From Escherichia coli (GTDB lineage Bacteria; Pseudomonadota; Gammaproteobacteria; Enterobacterales; Enterobacteriaceae): a stretch of DNA of 64,000 nt. The position numbers were made by a program, and so were the translations under genes. The stretch is from assembly GCF_030013205.1 (NCBI RefSeq), contig NZ_CP122648.1; one strand, 5' to 3'. Below, one piece after another: positions 46,869 to 64,000 of this stretch (position 1 is its first letter; every line of letters starts with the position of its first letter). The notes beneath the pieces were generated by a model that saw nothing but the letters and a program-made list of their open reading frames with translations, searched no databases and was not told where the DNA came from.

Positions 46869-47877
46869 GGCTACGTACTCCTTTAATCAGACTGATAAAG
46901 CGTTGCGACTGGACAATCAGCACGCAAAGAACCACCACCGCTTTTACAACCTGGTTCATCTCTGGCGGAAAGCCCGAAAGCAAAATTCCGGTGTTCATCC
47001 CCTGAATAATCAGCGCCCCCACCACCGAAAGCAGTAGGTTAAAACGTCCGCCCATCAGCGATCCGCCGCCAATAACCACCGCGAGAATGGCGTCCAGCTC
47101 CAGCCATAACCCGGCGTTATTGGCATCGGCACCGCGAATATCCGCCGCCACGATAATGCCCGCAATCGCCGCACACAGCCCGCTCAACACGTAGGTAAGC
47201 ATGACGATGATCCGCGTGTTTACCCCGGCATTTTTTGCCGCCCGAATGTTGATACCAACGGCTTCGATAAACATCCCCAGCGCCGTTTTGCGGGTCAACA
47301 GCCAGAACAGGATAAGCGTCAGCACCGCGATAATGACCGGCGTTGGCAGGAACAACAGCGATCCACTGCCAAACCATGAGAGATCCGGCGAGTTAAACGT
47401 GACGATCTGTCCGGAGGTGATCAGTTGCGCCACGCCGCGCCCGGCGACCATCAGGATCAGGGTGGCAACAAACGGCTGAATTTTGAGGATCGCTACCAGT
47501 ATGCCGTTCCACAATCCCGCCAGGATGCCAGTGCCCAGGGCGCTTAACAAAACAATCGGCAGGCTGAATCCCGCGACCGTCATCGCAGCCGTTGTGGCTC
47601 CGGCGATAGCCATCACCGCCCCCACGGAGAGATCAATCCCACCTGTTGCGATCACCAGCGTCATTCCGATAGCCAACAGCGCAACGGGGGCCGCACGGTT
47701 AAGAATGTCTATGGGGCTACCGAATAAACGCCCATCCTGGAGCACCACCTGCCAGAAATGCGGGGCCACCAGGCTATCGACCAGCAGCACCAGCAACAGT
47801 GCCGCCAGCTGCGGCATTCCCGTTGGCCAGCGAAAGCGCCTTTTCGGCGGCGTAGTGTCCGGGAGAGATTGAGGCAT
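46855..47877 (-). CDS. ytfT: galactofuranose ABC transporter permease YtfT
   Basis: Start placed at MPQSLPDTTPPKRRF; track ORF begins 8 codons earlier. Confidence 0.88.
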   Translation of the reverse strand: MPQSLPDTTPPKRRFRWPTGMPQLAALLLVLLVDSLVAPHFWQVVLQDGRLFGSPIDILNRAAPVALLAIGMTLVIATGGIDLSVGAVMAIAGATTAAMTVAGFSLPIVLLSALGTGILAGLWNGILVAILKIQPFVATLILMVAGRGVAQLITSGQIVTFNSPDLSWFGSGSLLFLPTPVIIAVLTLILFWLLTRKTALGMFIEAVGINIRAAKNAGVNTRIIVMLTYVLSGLCAAIAGIIVAADIRGADANNAGLWLELDAILAVVIGGGSLMGGRFNLLLSVVGALIIQGMNTGILLSGFPPEMNQVVKAVVVLCVLIVQSQRFISLIKGVRSRDKT

Positions 47878-47890
47878 CACACTGTTCTCC

Positions 47891-49393
47891 TTACGCCGCA
47901 ATGGCGTTCATGATCGCCGGAACGGAAAGCTCTGCCAGCGGGATCTCCGCCACCTGTTTGCGATCGCGCATGATGATCACCCGGTCGGCATAGCCCACCA
48001 GTTCTTCCAGTTCGGAGGAGATCACCAGCAGCGCCAGACCATCGGCGCATAGCGTTTCAATCAGGCGGATGATCTCGGCGTGGGCACCAACATCAATGCC
48101 GCGAGTTGGCTCATCAAGGATCAGAAATTGCGGTCGGGTCAGTAGCCAACGTGAAAGCAACACTTTTTGCTGATTGCCGCCAGAGAGAAATTCAATCGGT
48201 TGTTCAGTTGAAGGTGTGCGAATGCCAAGCTGGCGGATAAAGCGTTCGGCAATCTCTTGCTGTTCTTTGCGGGAAATGGGACGTAGCCAGCCGCGCTGGG
48301 CCTGGAGAGCGAGGATGATATTTTCCCGCACCGAGGCGGCAGCGATGATGCCATCGGTTTTCCTGTCTTCCGGGCAGAAGCCAATGCCCAGTACCGAAGC
48401 CTGATGTGGCGATCGCAGGTTTTGCGGTTTGCCTTTGATCAACGCCGTGCCGCTGTCAGCAGGTTTGATACCGAAGATCACTTCGGCGGTTTCGGTACGT
48501 CCTGATCCCAGCAATCCAGCCAGACCGACGATCTCGCCGGGGCGTACTTCGAGATCAAACGGTGCGATCGTTCCTTTTTTGCCGTAATTTTTGAACGCGG
48601 CAACGGGTTTGTCGCTCAACAATGTTCGCCCGGCACGCTGTAGCGCGTGGGTATCCAGCTCGCGCCCCAGCATCATTTTTACCAGTTCGATCTGCGGTAG
48701 CTCGCACGTTTCCCGACAGCCTACGAAACTGCCGTTGCGTAAGACGGTGATCCGATCGCTGACCTGATAGACCTGATCGAGAAAGTGAGTGACAAAAATC
48801 AGGCTGACGCCGCGATCGCGCAACTGACGCATCAGGTCAAACAGTAACTCCACTTCCTGGGTGTCGAGACTGGCGGTGGGTTCATCGAGGATCAGCACTT
48901 TGGCAGAGAGATCGATAGCCCGGCAAATAGCGACGATTTGCTGCATCGCGACTGAAAAGCGGTTGAGCGGTTCGCGCACGTCGAGGGAGAAACCGTAAGA
49001 TGCCATCAGTTCGGTGGCGCGCTTTTCCATCTCTTTGCGGCGTAGAAGGCCGAAGCGTTTGGGTTCGCGGCCTATAAATAGATTATCAGCGACCGACATA
49101 TTGGGTAGCAGGTTTACTTCCTGATAGACGGTGCCGATACCGAGTTGTTGTGCATGGGCGGTATTTTTCGGTGAGATAGCCTGGCCTTCCAGCCAGATGG
49201 TGCCGCGATCGGCGTGGTATACACCAGTTAATGCTTTGATTAGCGTTGATTTTCCTGCCCCGTTTTCACCGAGCAGCGCCATGATTTCGCCGCGGCGCAG
49301 GCTGAAATCAACGTTGTCTAACGCTTTGACGCCGGGGAAAAATTTACTTAATCCTTCGGTGCGGAGGATCTCCTGGTGTTGGTTAGTCGTCAT
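47891..49393 (-). CDS. ytfR: galactofuranose ABC transporter ATPase (duplicated ABC domains)
   Basis: 500 aa; two Walker A motifs (GENGAGKST; GLLGSGRTE). Confidence 0.93.
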   Translation of the reverse strand: MTTNQHQEILRTEGLSKFFPGVKALDNVDFSLRRGEIMALLGENGAGKSTLIKALTGVYHADRGTIWLEGQAISPKNTAHAQQLGIGTVYQEVNLLPNMSVADNLFIGREPKRFGLLRRKEMEKRATELMASYGFSLDVREPLNRFSVAMQQIVAICRAIDLSAKVLILDEPTASLDTQEVELLFDLMRQLRDRGVSLIFVTHFLDQVYQVSDRITVLRNGSFVGCRETCELPQIELVKMMLGRELDTHALQRAGRTLLSDKPVAAFKNYGKKGTIAPFDLEVRPGEIVGLAGLLGSGRTETAEVIFGIKPADSGTALIKGKPQNLRSPHQASVLGIGFCPEDRKTDGIIAAASVRENIILALQAQRGWLRPISRKEQQEIAERFIRQLGIRTPSTEQPIEFLSGGNQQKVLLSRWLLTRPQFLILDEPTRGIDVGAHAEIIRLIETLCADGLALLVISSELEELVGYADRVIIMRDRKQVAEIPLAELSVPAIMNAIAA

Positions 49394-49399
49394 GGTTTC

Positions 49400-49520
49400 C
49401 CCCGGTGTAAAGCGTGCTCCCAGTAGGCATGATAAGACGCGGTAAGCGTCGCATCAGGCTTCAGCGCACCACCGCCGGATGCGGCGCGAGCGCCTTATCC
49501 GGCCTACGAATCGGCATCAG
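49400..49520. repeat. REP elements
   Basis: gataagacgcggtaagcgtcgcatcaggc / gccggatgcggcgcgagcgccttatccggcctac palindromes. Confidence 0.8.
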
Positions 49521-49532
49521 GCATAGCAACCC

Positions 49533-50489
49533 TCAATACCCCATATTTTTCTTCTTCTCTAACTCTTCTTTTGCGGTATCAGGCAGATAAAGGGTGGATT
49601 TGGTCAGCGTCAGCTTTTCAGGCATGGTGCCGTCTTTTTTGTATTTCTCCAGCGCGTCGAAGGCGGGACCTGCCATATTCGGCGTCAGTTCAACACTGGC
49701 GTTCGCTTCGCCATCAATCATCGCTTTGTAGATATCCGGTACGCCGTCGATAGAACCTGTCAGAATATCTTTGCCTGGTTTCAGGCCCGCTTCTTTAATT
49801 GCCTGAATTGCACCAATCACCATGTCGTCGTTATGGGCGTAAACCATGCAGATGTTTTTGCCGTTGTTTTCCGCTTTGATAAAGCTCTCCATGACTTCTT
49901 TGCCTTTACTGCGGGTGAAGTCACCTGACTGCGAGCGGATAATTTTGATATTTGGCGCATTCTTAATGGCTTCGGCAAAGCCTTTCTTACGGTCAATGGC
50001 GACGCTGGCCCCAACAGTGCCCTGCAGCTCCACCACGTTGCATGGTTTGCCATTCACTTCTTTTACCAGCCAGTCACCAATCAACTTGCCTTCGAGAATG
50101 TTGTCGGCAGTGACGGTGGTCATATAGAGAGATTTGTCTTTCACATCAATAGAACGATCGAGCAAGAAGACCGGGATTTCGGCATCTTTCGCCTCTTTTA
50201 ATACCGGTTCCCAACCAGTCGCCACCACCGGAGCGATAAAGATCGCATCCACCCCTTGCGCGACGAAGGAACGTACCGCTTTAATCTGGTTTTCCTGCTT
50301 TTGCTGACCATCGGCAATTTTCAGCGTAATTCCGCGTTTTTCGGCCTCACTTTTCGCCACATTGGTTTCTGCGGCGCGCCAGCCAGATTCCGATCCGACC
50401 TGCGAAAATCCTACGGTTAATGGAGCGGCCAACGCCATAGACGACATGGCTGCCGAGACTGCAGAGACTACAAGTAAGCGTTTCCACAT
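49533..50489 (-). CDS. ytfQ: periplasmic galactofuranose-binding protein
   Basis: 318 aa with signal peptide MWKRLLVVSAVSAAMSSMALA. Confidence 0.93.
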   Translation of the reverse strand: MWKRLLVVSAVSAAMSSMALAAPLTVGFSQVGSESGWRAAETNVAKSEAEKRGITLKIADGQQKQENQIKAVRSFVAQGVDAIFIAPVVATGWEPVLKEAKDAEIPVFLLDRSIDVKDKSLYMTTVTADNILEGKLIGDWLVKEVNGKPCNVVELQGTVGASVAIDRKKGFAEAIKNAPNIKIIRSQSGDFTRSKGKEVMESFIKAENNGKNICMVYAHNDDMVIGAIQAIKEAGLKPGKDILTGSIDGVPDIYKAMIDGEANASVELTPNMAGPAFDALEKYKKDGTMPEKLTLTKSTLYLPDTAKEELEKKKNMGY

Positions 50490-50798
50490 AGGGTTGTCCT
50501 CGTCGGGGTAATTATTATTGGTGAAAAGATGTTCGCGAAAAAACTATAGACAATTCGTTATGTAACGGATTGCGTTACATCACACTTCAAAGAAGTAAAT
50601 AAAACGTTAATCACAAGTTTGTAATCGCTTTCATCTCACTATGAAAAATGCGGCTACGGTTATGGATTTTCCTGCTCTGTATACCGTCTTAAAATTGGCG
50701 AAAAAGGAAAATGAAGACGAAAACAAGCGAAGACATTCGGCGCGAGTTGGCTATAATACTCGGCACTTGTTTGCCACATATTTTTAAAGGAAACAGAC

Positions 50799-51329
50799 AT
50801 GAGCTTACTCAACGTCCCTGCGGGTAAAGATCTGCCGGAAGACATCTACGTTGTTATTGAGATCCCGGCTAACGCAGATCCGATCAAATACGAAATCGAC
50901 AAAGAGAGCGGCGCACTGTTCGTTGACCGCTTCATGTCCACCGCGATGTTCTATCCGTGCAACTACGGTTACATCAACCACACCCTGTCTCTGGACGGTG
51001 ACCCGGTTGACGTACTGGTCCCGACTCCGTACCCGCTGCAGCCGGGTTCTGTGATCCGTTGCCGTCCGGTTGGCGTTCTGAAAATGACCGACGAAGCCGG
51101 TGAAGATGCGAAACTGATTGCTGTTCCGCACACAAAGCTGAGCAAAGAATACGATCACATTAAAGACGTTAACGATCTGCCAGAGCTGCTGAAAGCGCAG
51201 ATCGCTCACTTCTTCGAGCACTACAAAGACCTCGAAAAAGGCAAGTGGGTGAAAGTTGAAGGTTGGGAAAACGCAGAAGCCGCTAAAGCTGAAATCGTTG
51301 CTTCCTTCGAGCGCGCAAAGAATAAATAA
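50799..51329 (+). CDS. ppa: inorganic pyrophosphatase
   Basis: 176 aa; [24 protein letters not shown]...DGDPVDVLV motif. Confidence 0.97.
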   Translation: MSLLNVPAGKDLPEDIYVVIEIPANADPIKYEIDKESGALFVDRFMSTAMFYPCNYGYINHTLSLDGDPVDVLVPTPYPLQPGSVIRCRPVGVLKMTDEAGEDAKLIAVPHTKLSKEYDHIKDVNDLPELLKAQIAHFFEHYKDLEKGKWVKVEGWENAEAAKAEIVASFERAKNK

Positions 51330-51679
51330 GTTCTTCTAGCGCAATAACCCTGAACGCCGGGCTTCGGTTAGTAAGGGTTTTTTTATGCCCGCGATAAATA
51401 AACTCTCTATTCCACCATCATTATTCTCAGCGGTTGCAAGGCTTGAACGGTAAGAACAAGCAAACCCGACCACCATTTTGCTGTTCATAGCCACTTGCTG
51501 GAAGTTAGCCGACCTCACTCATACTCACCGTTCAAAGCGTGCCCCCGTTTTACCCCTGCACATTTGTGAACGCCAGCAGAGTTTTTTATGCGATTGCAGA
51601 TATGGAAAGCGGCTCGGAGAGAAAAGCAAAAGATGGAAAAGTTACAAAAAAAAATCGCGAGATACATCGCATAAAACAA

Positions 51680-51710
51680 CGCCACCCGAAGGTGGCGTGC
51701 TTTTATTATT
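51680..51710. terminator. bidirectional rho-independent terminator (ppa side / ytfP end)
   Basis: cgccacccgaaggtggcg hairpin flanked by A-run and T-run. Confidence 0.7.
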
Positions 51711-52050
51711 ACTTATCCCTGTCTAACCAGTCGCCGCTCTCAATTAGCTTTAATCCATCGACGGGTCGTTGATAAACGTACATCCATGCACTCCCGTACG
51801 GCGTCTGAATCAACTGGCGCGCGTATTCACCGCCCCTGGTGCGCAAGGCATCAAGTTCGGCCAGCGTGGCGTTGTCAATACGATAAACTTCACCGTGTAC
51901 TGTTCCGTTCCCCGGAACTGCGCCTGGATAGTGGCCCAGGCTATACAACTGGTAGTTATCGATACTGAAATCGCCCAGTAACTGGGCATTGGTCATCCAG
52001 TGACTGTTGCCTTGTTTGTGGCGTAAACTGCCGTAGACAAATATTCGCAT
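51709..52050 (-). CDS. ytfP: gamma-glutamylcyclotransferase-like protein YtfP
   Basis: 113 aa MRIFVYGSLRHKQGNSHWM... Confidence 0.9.
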   Translation of the reverse strand: MRIFVYGSLRHKQGNSHWMTNAQLLGDFSIDNYQLYSLGHYPGAVPGNGTVHGEVYRIDNATLAELDALRTRGGEYARQLIQTPYGSAWMYVYQRPVDGLKLIESGDWLDRDK

Positions 52051-52052
52051 TG

Positions 52053-57604
<5,552 letters not shown>

Positions 57605-57767
57605 TTAAACGGCTTAACAAAAATCCAGTAATATGGATTAAAAAGCAGACTAAACCCCAAATATTTCTTATGTTTTACTTTAGACCTATTCACGGTGGTT
57701 ATTGTGTGCAAATACGCCTCTTGTTACAACCTTAACCCCAATGACCGATTTTCGGGAGAGCGACACC

Positions 57768-58406
57768 ATGAGTTTATTTGATAAAAAGCATCTGGTTTCC
57801 CCCGCCGATGCCCTGCCTGGACGTAACACCCCGATGCCCGTAGCCACGCTGCATGCGGTCAACGGTCACTCAATGACCAATGTACCTGACGGAATGGAGA
57901 TTGCCATTTTTGCGATGGGTTGTTTCTGGGGTGTGGAGCGTCTGTTCTGGCAGTTACCCGGCGTTTACAGCACCGCCGCAGGCTATACCGGCGGCTATAC
58001 GCCAAATCCGACTTATCGGGAAGTGTGCTCCGGTGATACGGGTCATGCCGAAGCGGTACGCATTGTTTACGATCCTTCCGTCATCAGCTATGAACAGTTG
58101 CTACAAGTATTTTGGGAGAATCACGATCCCGCCCAGGGAATGCGTCAGGGCAATGACCACGGCACGCAGTATCGTTCAGCGATTTATCCGCTGACCCCAG
58201 AACAGGATGCCGCAGCTCGCGCCAGTCTGGAACGTTTTCAGGCGGCAATGCTTGCCGCCGATGACGATCGTCGCATCACCACGGAAATCGTTAACGCCAC
58301 ACCGTTTTATTATGCCGAAGATGACCACCAGCAATATCTGCATAAAAACCCGTATGGTTACTGTGGAATTGGCGGAATTGGCGTCTGTCTGCCGCCGGAA
58401 GCATAG
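57768..58406 (+). CDS. msrA: peptide methionine sulfoxide reductase A
   Basis: [12 protein letters not shown]...GCFWG active-site motif; track ORF over-extended at N-terminus. Confidence 0.95.
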   Translation: MSLFDKKHLVSPADALPGRNTPMPVATLHAVNGHSMTNVPDGMEIAIFAMGCFWGVERLFWQLPGVYSTAAGYTGGYTPNPTYREVCSGDTGHAEAVRIVYDPSVISYEQLLQVFWENHDPAQGMRQGNDHGTQYRSAIYPLTPEQDAAARASLERFQAAMLAADDDRRITTEIVNATPFYYAEDDHQQYLHKNPYGYCGIGGIGVCLPPEA

Positions 58407-58439
58407 CGTTACGGGTACAAATGTAGATTGTTGATAAAG

Positions 58440-58560
58440 TGCGTTTTGTTTATGCCGGATGCGGCGTAAACGCCTTACCAGGTCTACAAAATCGTCCAAA
58501 TTCAATATATTGCATGGACTGCGTAGGCCTGATTGGCATAGCGCATCAGGCAGTTTTGCA
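58440..58560. repeat. REP elements
   Basis: tgccggatgcggcgtaaacgccttaccaggtctaca ... gcgtaggcctgattggcatagcgcatcaggc. Confidence 0.75.
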
Positions 58561-58728
58561 TTTATCAGCAGTCTGAATTTTAACCCTCTGGCGGCTTTAC
58601 AGTACCTTACGCTATACTAGCCACTGAAAATGCCGGTTCACTTTCTTCGAATCGGCTTTCAATGTGTATTTCACACAAATTAATCAACTTCCCCTTCCGA
58701 GGATCTGGCCTGAAAGGTCGGATAAGAT

Positions 58729-60072
58729 ATGTTAAACAGTATTTTAGTCATACTCTGCTTGATCGCTGTAAGTGCGTTCTTCTCGATGTCCGAGATCTCA
58801 CTTGCCGCCTCACGCAAAATCAAACTTAAACTGCTGGCTGATGAAGGCAATATAAATGCCCAACGCGTTCTGAATATGCAGGAAAATCCCGGCATGTTCT
58901 TTACCGTGGTCCAAATCGGTCTGAACGCAGTGGCGATTCTCGGCGGTATCGTCGGTGATGCGGCATTTTCTCCAGCTTTTCACAGCCTGTTCTCCCGCTA
59001 TATGTCGGCAGAGCTCTCTGAGCAACTGAGCTTTATTCTCTCTTTCTCGTTAGTGACTGGCATGTTTATCCTGTTTGCGGATTTAACCCCGAAACGCATC
59101 GGTATGATTGCGCCAGAAGCTGTCGCTTTGCGTATCATCAACCCGATGCGCTTCTGCCTGTACGTTTGCACCCCGCTGGTGTGGTTCTTCAACGGACTGG
59201 CGAACATAATCTTCCGTATTTTCAAACTGCCAATGGTACGTAAAGATGACATCACTTCTGATGACATCTACGCGGTAGTGGAAGCCGGTGCGCTGGCGGG
59301 CGTGTTACGTAAACAGGAACACGAGCTGATTGAAAACGTCTTTGAGCTGGAATCCCGTACCGTTCCGTCGTCAATGACACCGCGTGAAAACGTGATTTGG
59401 TTTGATCTCCACGAAGATGAGCAAAGCCTGAAGAATAAGGTGGCGGAACATCCGCACTCTAAGTTCCTCGTCTGTAATGAAGATATTGACCACATCATCG
59501 GCTATGTCGATTCTAAAGACCTGCTGAACCGCGTGCTGGCTAACCAAAGCCTGGCACTGAACAGCGGCGTACAAATTCGCAACACGCTGATTGTGCCGGA
59601 TACGTTAACCCTTTCAGAGGCGTTGGAAAGTTTTAAAACCGCAGGTGAAGACTTCGCGGTGATCATGAACGAGTACGCGCTGGTGGTGGGGATCATCACC
59701 CTCAATGACGTGATGACCACGCTGATGGGCGATCTAGTCGGTCAGGGGCTGGAAGAGCAGATTGTCGCCCGTGATGAGAACTCATGGCTGATTGACGGCG
59801 GCACCCCAATTGACGACGTCATGCGCGTGCTGGATATTGACGAGTTCCCGCAGTCGGGCAACTACGAAACCATCGGCGGCTTTATGATGTTTATGCTGCG
59901 TAAGATCCCGAAACGCACCGATTCGGTGAAATTCGCCGGCTACAAATTTGAAGTGGTGGATATCGATAACTACCGCATCGACCAGCTGCTGGTGACCCGG
60001 ATCGACAGCAAGGCCACCGCCCTTTCGCCAAAACTGCCTGACGCTAAAGATAAAGAAGAAAGCGTCGCGTAA
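58729..60072 (+). CDS. ytfL: CNNM/TlyC-family membrane protein (DUF21-CBS-CorC)
   Basis: 447 aa; matches remembered K-12 YtfL. Confidence 0.9.
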   Translation: MLNSILVILCLIAVSAFFSMSEISLAASRKIKLKLLADEGNINAQRVLNMQENPGMFFTVVQIGLNAVAILGGIVGDAAFSPAFHSLFSRYMSAELSEQLSFILSFSLVTGMFILFADLTPKRIGMIAPEAVALRIINPMRFCLYVCTPLVWFFNGLANIIFRIFKLPMVRKDDITSDDIYAVVEAGALAGVLRKQEHELIENVFELESRTVPSSMTPRENVIWFDLHEDEQSLKNKVAEHPHSKFLVCNEDIDHIIGYVDSKDLLNRVLANQSLALNSGVQIRNTLIVPDTLTLSEALESFKTAGEDFAVIMNEYALVVGIITLNDVMTTLMGDLVGQGLEEQIVARDENSWLIDGGTPIDDVMRVLDIDEFPQSGNYETIGGFMMFMLRKIPKRTDSVKFAGYKFEVVDIDNYRIDQLLVTRIDSKATALSPKLPDAKDKEESVA

Positions 60073-60088
60073 CCCCCAGAAACATCAA

Positions 60089-60115
60089 CGGCTCCTGAAT
60101 CAGGAGCCGTCTTAT
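60089..60115. terminator. bidirectional terminator between ytfL and ytfK
   Basis: cggctcctgaatcaggagccg hairpin plus T-rich tail. Confidence 0.7.
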
Positions 60116-60133
60116 TACTGCATAGCACTTTGG

Positions 60134-60340
60134 TTAAGCCATCTCTGTTTGCAGACGCATAACCTGACGGTTAACTTCGGACATCACTGACAAATGCAGC
60201 TTATCCTTCACTTTTGGGATAAGAATCTTACCCTTATCAAATTCAAAAGCGCCAACGTCCTTGATGTATAACCGTCCACGGAACAGGATCTTTACGTACT
60301 TCGCCACCTGAAGTGGGTTGTACCGTTGGAAAATTTTCAT
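60134..60340 (-). CDS. ytfK: small protein YtfK (DUF1107)
   Basis: [68 protein letters not shown] (68 aa); track ORF over-extended. Confidence 0.88.
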
Positions 60341-60664
60341 TGTTATCTCCTGCTGAGTATTACGCCTGTGCGGTGCCACAATCGGCCCAACTATTATGAG
60401 GCGCAAATTTTAATGCTTAGTGACTATAGACTATCCGGGCAATGTTTCCACCGCGTATAACTTTTTTTACCTAAAGGTTACAATTATTCAGAATTATCTT
60501 TTTACCGAAGCGCGGTCTTCAGTATAAGCATTCATTTTTCATATGATTTGTGCGCTTGACCGCAAACTGGCATCACACTTGCGGGAAATTCGATAAATAG
60601 CACATATGATTAAAACTCAGACCCAAGTGGTCGGATCACCTGCATATCATAAGAAGGAAACACC

Positions 60665-61222
60665 ATGACCCTACGCAAGATTCTGGCACTCACCTGCCTG
60701 CTGTTGCCGATGATGGCTTCCGCACATCAGTTCGAAACCGGTCAGCGAGTGCCGCCGATTGGCATTACCGATCGAGGCGAGTTGGTGCTTGATAAAGATC
60801 AGTTTAGCTACAAAACCTGGAACAGCGCACAGTTAGTGGGAAAAGTGCGAGTACTGCAACATATTGCTGGTCGCACCTCTGCAAAAGAGAAAAACGCGAC
60901 GCTGATTGAAGCGATTAAATCAGCGAAGTTACCGCACGATCGCTACCAGACCACCACCATTGTTAACACCGACGACGCGATTCCGGGTTCAGGGATGTTT
61001 GTGCGCAGCAGTCTGGAGAGTAATAAAAAGCTTTATCCCTGGTCGCAGTTTATTGTCGATAGCAATGGCGTCGCGCGCGGTGCCTGGCAGCTGGATGAAG
61101 AAAGTTCCGCTGTAGTGGTGCTGGATAAGGATGGTCGCGTGCAATGGGCCAAAGACGGGGCGCTCACACAGGAAGAGGTGCAGCAAGTGATGGACCTGCT
61201 GCATAAATTAATTAATAAATAG
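60665..61222 (+). CDS. ytfJ: periplasmic protein YtfJ
   Basis: 185 aa with signal peptide [20 protein letters not shown]. Confidence 0.88.
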   Translation: MTLRKILALTCLLLPMMASAHQFETGQRVPPIGITDRGELVLDKDQFSYKTWNSAQLVGKVRVLQHIAGRTSAKEKNATLIEAIKSAKLPHDRYQTTTIVNTDDAIPGSGMFVRSSLESNKKLYPWSQFIVDSNGVARGAWQLDEESSAVVVLDKDGRVQWAKDGALTQEEVQQVMDLLHKLINK

Positions 61223-61952
61223 ACACTCTGAATCCCGGATTCAGGAACGACTCGCGCGGAGTGTAATCCAGCGGTTTACCCTGCCAGTCATGAACGTGCG
61301 CTCCGGCAGCTGCAGCCACAGCATGACCAGCGGCGGTATCCCAAATATTCGTTGGTCCGAAGCGCGGGTACAGCTGCGCCTGCCCTTCCGCCACCAGGCA
61401 GAATTTCAGCGAAGAGCCGATGGACGTGGTCTGATGTTCGCCAAGCTGTTGCAGATACTCTTTCAGCTCCGCATCTGCATGGGAACGGCTGATAACCACC
61501 AGCGGCGGGCGCGCATCGCGGACCTGAATCTGCTTGCGCACACCGCACTCTTCTTTCCAGGCCTTGCCTTCTGCCGCGCTGTACATTATGTTCATTACCG
61601 GCGCATACACCACACCTAAAATCGGTTTGCCATGGTCAATGAGCGCAATGTTAACGGTGAATTCGCCATTACGTTTAATAAACTCTTTAGTACCATCCAG
61701 CGGGTCTACCAGCCAGTAACGCTGCCAGTGCTGACGGACTTCCCAACCGGGAGGATCTTCTTCAGAAAGGACCGGAATATCCGGTGTCAACGTACGTAAA
61801 CCGTCCATGATAACGGTGTGAGCGGCAATATCCGCTGCCGTTACCGGAGAATTGTCCGCTTTGCTGACGACGTCCATCGGTTTCGTCCCGTCGTAGACCT
61901 GCATAATGGCATCGCCTGCATTCCGTGCAAGCTGGCATACTTGATCTAACAT
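61212..61952 (-). CDS. cysQ: 3'(2'),5'-bisphosphate nucleotidase
   Basis: 246 aa; inositol-monophosphatase family motifs ([15 protein letters not shown]). Confidence 0.94.
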   Translation of the reverse strand: MLDQVCQLARNAGDAIMQVYDGTKPMDVVSKADNSPVTAADIAAHTVIMDGLRTLTPDIPVLSEEDPPGWEVRQHWQRYWLVDPLDGTKEFIKRNGEFTVNIALIDHGKPILGVVYAPVMNIMYSAAEGKAWKEECGVRKQIQVRDARPPLVVISRSHADAELKEYLQQLGEHQTTSIGSSLKFCLVAEGQAQLYPRFGPTNIWDTAAGHAVAAAAGAHVHDWQGKPLDYTPRESFLNPGFRVSIY

Positions 61953-62141
61953 TTCTCCACCTCGTCTCTGTGAGCGGTGTTAACTTATTGTTTTACTTAT
62001 ACCCTATCGTTAATGAATGCGCCAACTGTGATAGTGTCATCATTTTCAAAGCGTAAAATTGTGGCATTCTTCACTGTTCTATAAGTAAGGCGTTTATTCT
62101 CCCTTTTCTTTCGTATTCCCGATGATAAAAGGATGTCCCTG

Positions 62142-64000
62142 ATGATTAAGTTTAGCGCAACGCTCCTGGCCACGCTGATTGCCGCCAGTGTGAATGCAGC
62201 GACGGTCGATCTACGTATCATGGAAACCACTGATCTGCATAGCAACATGATGGATTTCGATTATTACAAAGACACCGCCACGGAAAAATTCGGACTGGTA
62301 CGTACGGCAAGCCTGATTAACGATGCCCGCAATGAAGTGAAAAACAGCGTACTGGTCGATAACGGCGATTTGATTCAGGGGAGTCCGCTGGCCGATTACA
62401 TATCGGCGAAAGGATTAAAAGCAGGTGATGTTCATCCGGTTTATAAGGCGCTGAATACGCTGGATTATACGGTCGGTACACTCGGCAATCATGAATTTAA
62501 CTACGGTCTGGATTACCTGAAAAATGCGTTGGCGGGAGCGAAATTCCCTTATGTAAATGCCAACGTCATTGACGCCAGAACCAAACAGCCAATGTTTACA
62601 CCGTATTTAATTAAAGATACCGAAGTGGTCGATAAAGACGGAAAAAAACAGACGCTGAAGATTGGCTATATTGGCGTCGTGCCGCCGCAAATCATGGGCT
62701 GGGATAAAGCTAATTTATCCGGAAAAGTGACGGTGAATGATATTACCGAAACCGTGCGCAAATACGTGCCTGAAATGCGCGAGAAAGGTGCCGATGTCGT
62801 TGTCGTTCTGGCGCATTCCGGGCTATCTGCCGATCCGTATAAAGTGATGGCGGAAAACTCAGTTTATTACCTCAGTGAAATTCCTGGCGTTAACGCCATT
62901 ATGTTTGGCCATGCTCACGCCGTTTTCCCAGGTAAAGATTTTGCTGATATCGAAGGGGCTGATATCGCGAAAGGCACGCTGAATGGTGTTCCGGCGGTAA
63001 TGCCAGGCATGTGGGGCGATCATCTTGGTGTGGTCGACTTACAACTCAGTAATGACAGCGGTAAATGGCAGGTGACGCAGGCGAAAGCGGAAGCACGGCC
63101 GATTTACGACATCGCGAATAAAAAATCCCTCGCGGCGGAAGACAGCAAGCTGGTAGAAACACTCAAAGCCGATCACGATGCCACACGCCAGTTCGTCAGC
63201 AAGCCAATCGGTAAATCTGCCGACAATATCTATAGCTATCTGGCACTGGTGCAGGACGATCCGACCGTGCAGGTGGTGAACAACGCGCAAAAAGCGTATG
63301 TCGAGCATTACATTCAGGGCGATCCGGATCTGGCAAAACTGCCAGTGCTTTCAGCTGCCGCACCGTTTAAAGTTGGTGGTCGCAAAAATGACCCGGCAAG
63401 CTATGTGGAGGTGGAAAAAGGTCAGTTGACCTTCCGTAATGCCGCCGATCTTTATCTCTATCCCAATACGCTGATTGTGGTGAAAGCCAGCGGTAAAGAG
63501 GTGAAAGAGTGGCTGGAGTGCTCCGCCGGACAGTTTAACCAGATTGATCCTAACAGCACGAAACCACAGTCACTCATCAACTGGGATGGTTTCCGCACCT
63601 ATAACTTTGATGTGATTGATGGTGTGAATTATCAGATTGATGTTACCCAGCCTGCCCGTTATGACGGCGAGTGCCAGATGGTTAATGCCAATGCGGAAAG
63701 GATTAAGAACCTGACCTTTAATGGCAAGCCAATTGATCCGAACGCCATGTTCCTCGTTGCCACCAATAACTATCGCGCTTACGGCGGCAAATTTGCCGGT
63801 ACGGGCGACAGCCATATCGCTTTTGCTTCACCGGATGAGAACCGCTCGGTGCTGGCAGCGTGGATTGCTGATGAGTCGAAACGTGCGGGGGAAATTCACC
63901 CGGCGGCAGATAACAACTGGCGTTTAGCACCGATTGCTGGCGATAAGAAACTGGATATCCGTTTCGAAACCTCTCCGTCAGATATAGCCGCAGCGTTTAT
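62142..64000 (+). CDS. cpdB: 2',3'-cyclic-nucleotide 2'-phosphodiesterase / 3'-nucleotidase, 5' part only (runs off window end)
   Basis: ATG 62142 then signal peptide [42 protein letters not shown]...; open frame to window end, so absent from the ORF track. Confidence 0.9.
   Translation, partial: MIKFSATLLATLIAASVNAATVDLRIMETTDLHSNMMDFDYYKDTATEKFGLVRTASLINDARNEVKNSVLVDNGDLIQGSPLADYISAKGLKAGDVHPVYKALNTLDYTVGTLGNHEFNYGLDYLKNALAGAKFPYVNANVIDARTKQPMFTPYLIKDTEVVDKDGKKQTLKIGYIGVVPPQIMGWDKANLSGKVTVNDITETVRKYVPEMREKGADVVVVLAHSGLSADPYKVMAENSVYYLSEIPGVNAIMFGHAHAVFPGKDFADIEGADIAKGTLNGVPAVMPGMWGDHLGVVDLQLSNDSGKWQVTQAKAEARPIYDIANKKSLAAEDSKLVETLKADHDATRQFVSKPIGKSADNIYSYLALVQDDPTVQVVNNAQKAYVEHYIQGDPDLAKLPVLSAAAPFKVGGRKNDPASYVEVEKGQLTFRNAADLYLYPNTLIVVKASGKEVKEWLECSAGQFNQIDPNSTKPQSLINWDGFRTYNFDVIDGVNYQIDVTQPARYDGECQMVNANAERIKNLTFNGKPIDPNAMFLVATNNYRAYGGKFAGTGDSHIAFASPDENRSVLAAWIADESKRAGEIHPAADNNWRLAPIAGDKKLDIRFETSPSDIAAAF

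Overview
Enterobacterial (Escherichia coli-like) chromosome segment, collinear with but reverse-complemented relative to the K-12 leuX-to-cpdB region. Genes were recognised by reading the supplied translations against remembered E. coli proteins; no database search was run. About 55 kb is conserved backbone: ahr, yjgR, lptG/lptF, pepA, holC, valS, yjgM, rraB, argI, tabA, bdcR/bdcA, yjgH, pyrLBI, ridA, mgtLA, treRBC, nrdDG, cybC, pmbA, yjgA, mpl, fbp, ytfQRT-yjfF, ppa, ytfP, tamAB, msrA, ytfL, ytfK, ytfJ, cysQ and the start of cpdB, with REP/BIME clusters, attenuators and terminators. The accessory content is a ~7.3 kb island inserted at tRNA-Leu (leuX), bounded by a 28-bp direct repeat of the tRNA 3' end (978-1005 and 8292-8319). 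It carries a 650-aa tyrosine integrase and uncharacterised cargo: an XRE-type HTH regulator, a 2-TM protein, a DUF4062/TIR-like protein translationally coupled to a small serine recombinase, a frameshifted DUF1643-like gene, a NIPSNAP-like protein and a ~1 kb ORF-free stretch. I flag the XRE/2-TM/DUF4062-like/recombinase cluster as the most likely previously undescribed module (candidate defence or phase-variable system); this is a hypothesis, not a demonstrated function. Other differences from K-12 as I recall it: IS1 inserted in yjgL with an 8-bp target duplication, a premature TGA in yjgN, and apparent absence of the idn operon and of chpSB.
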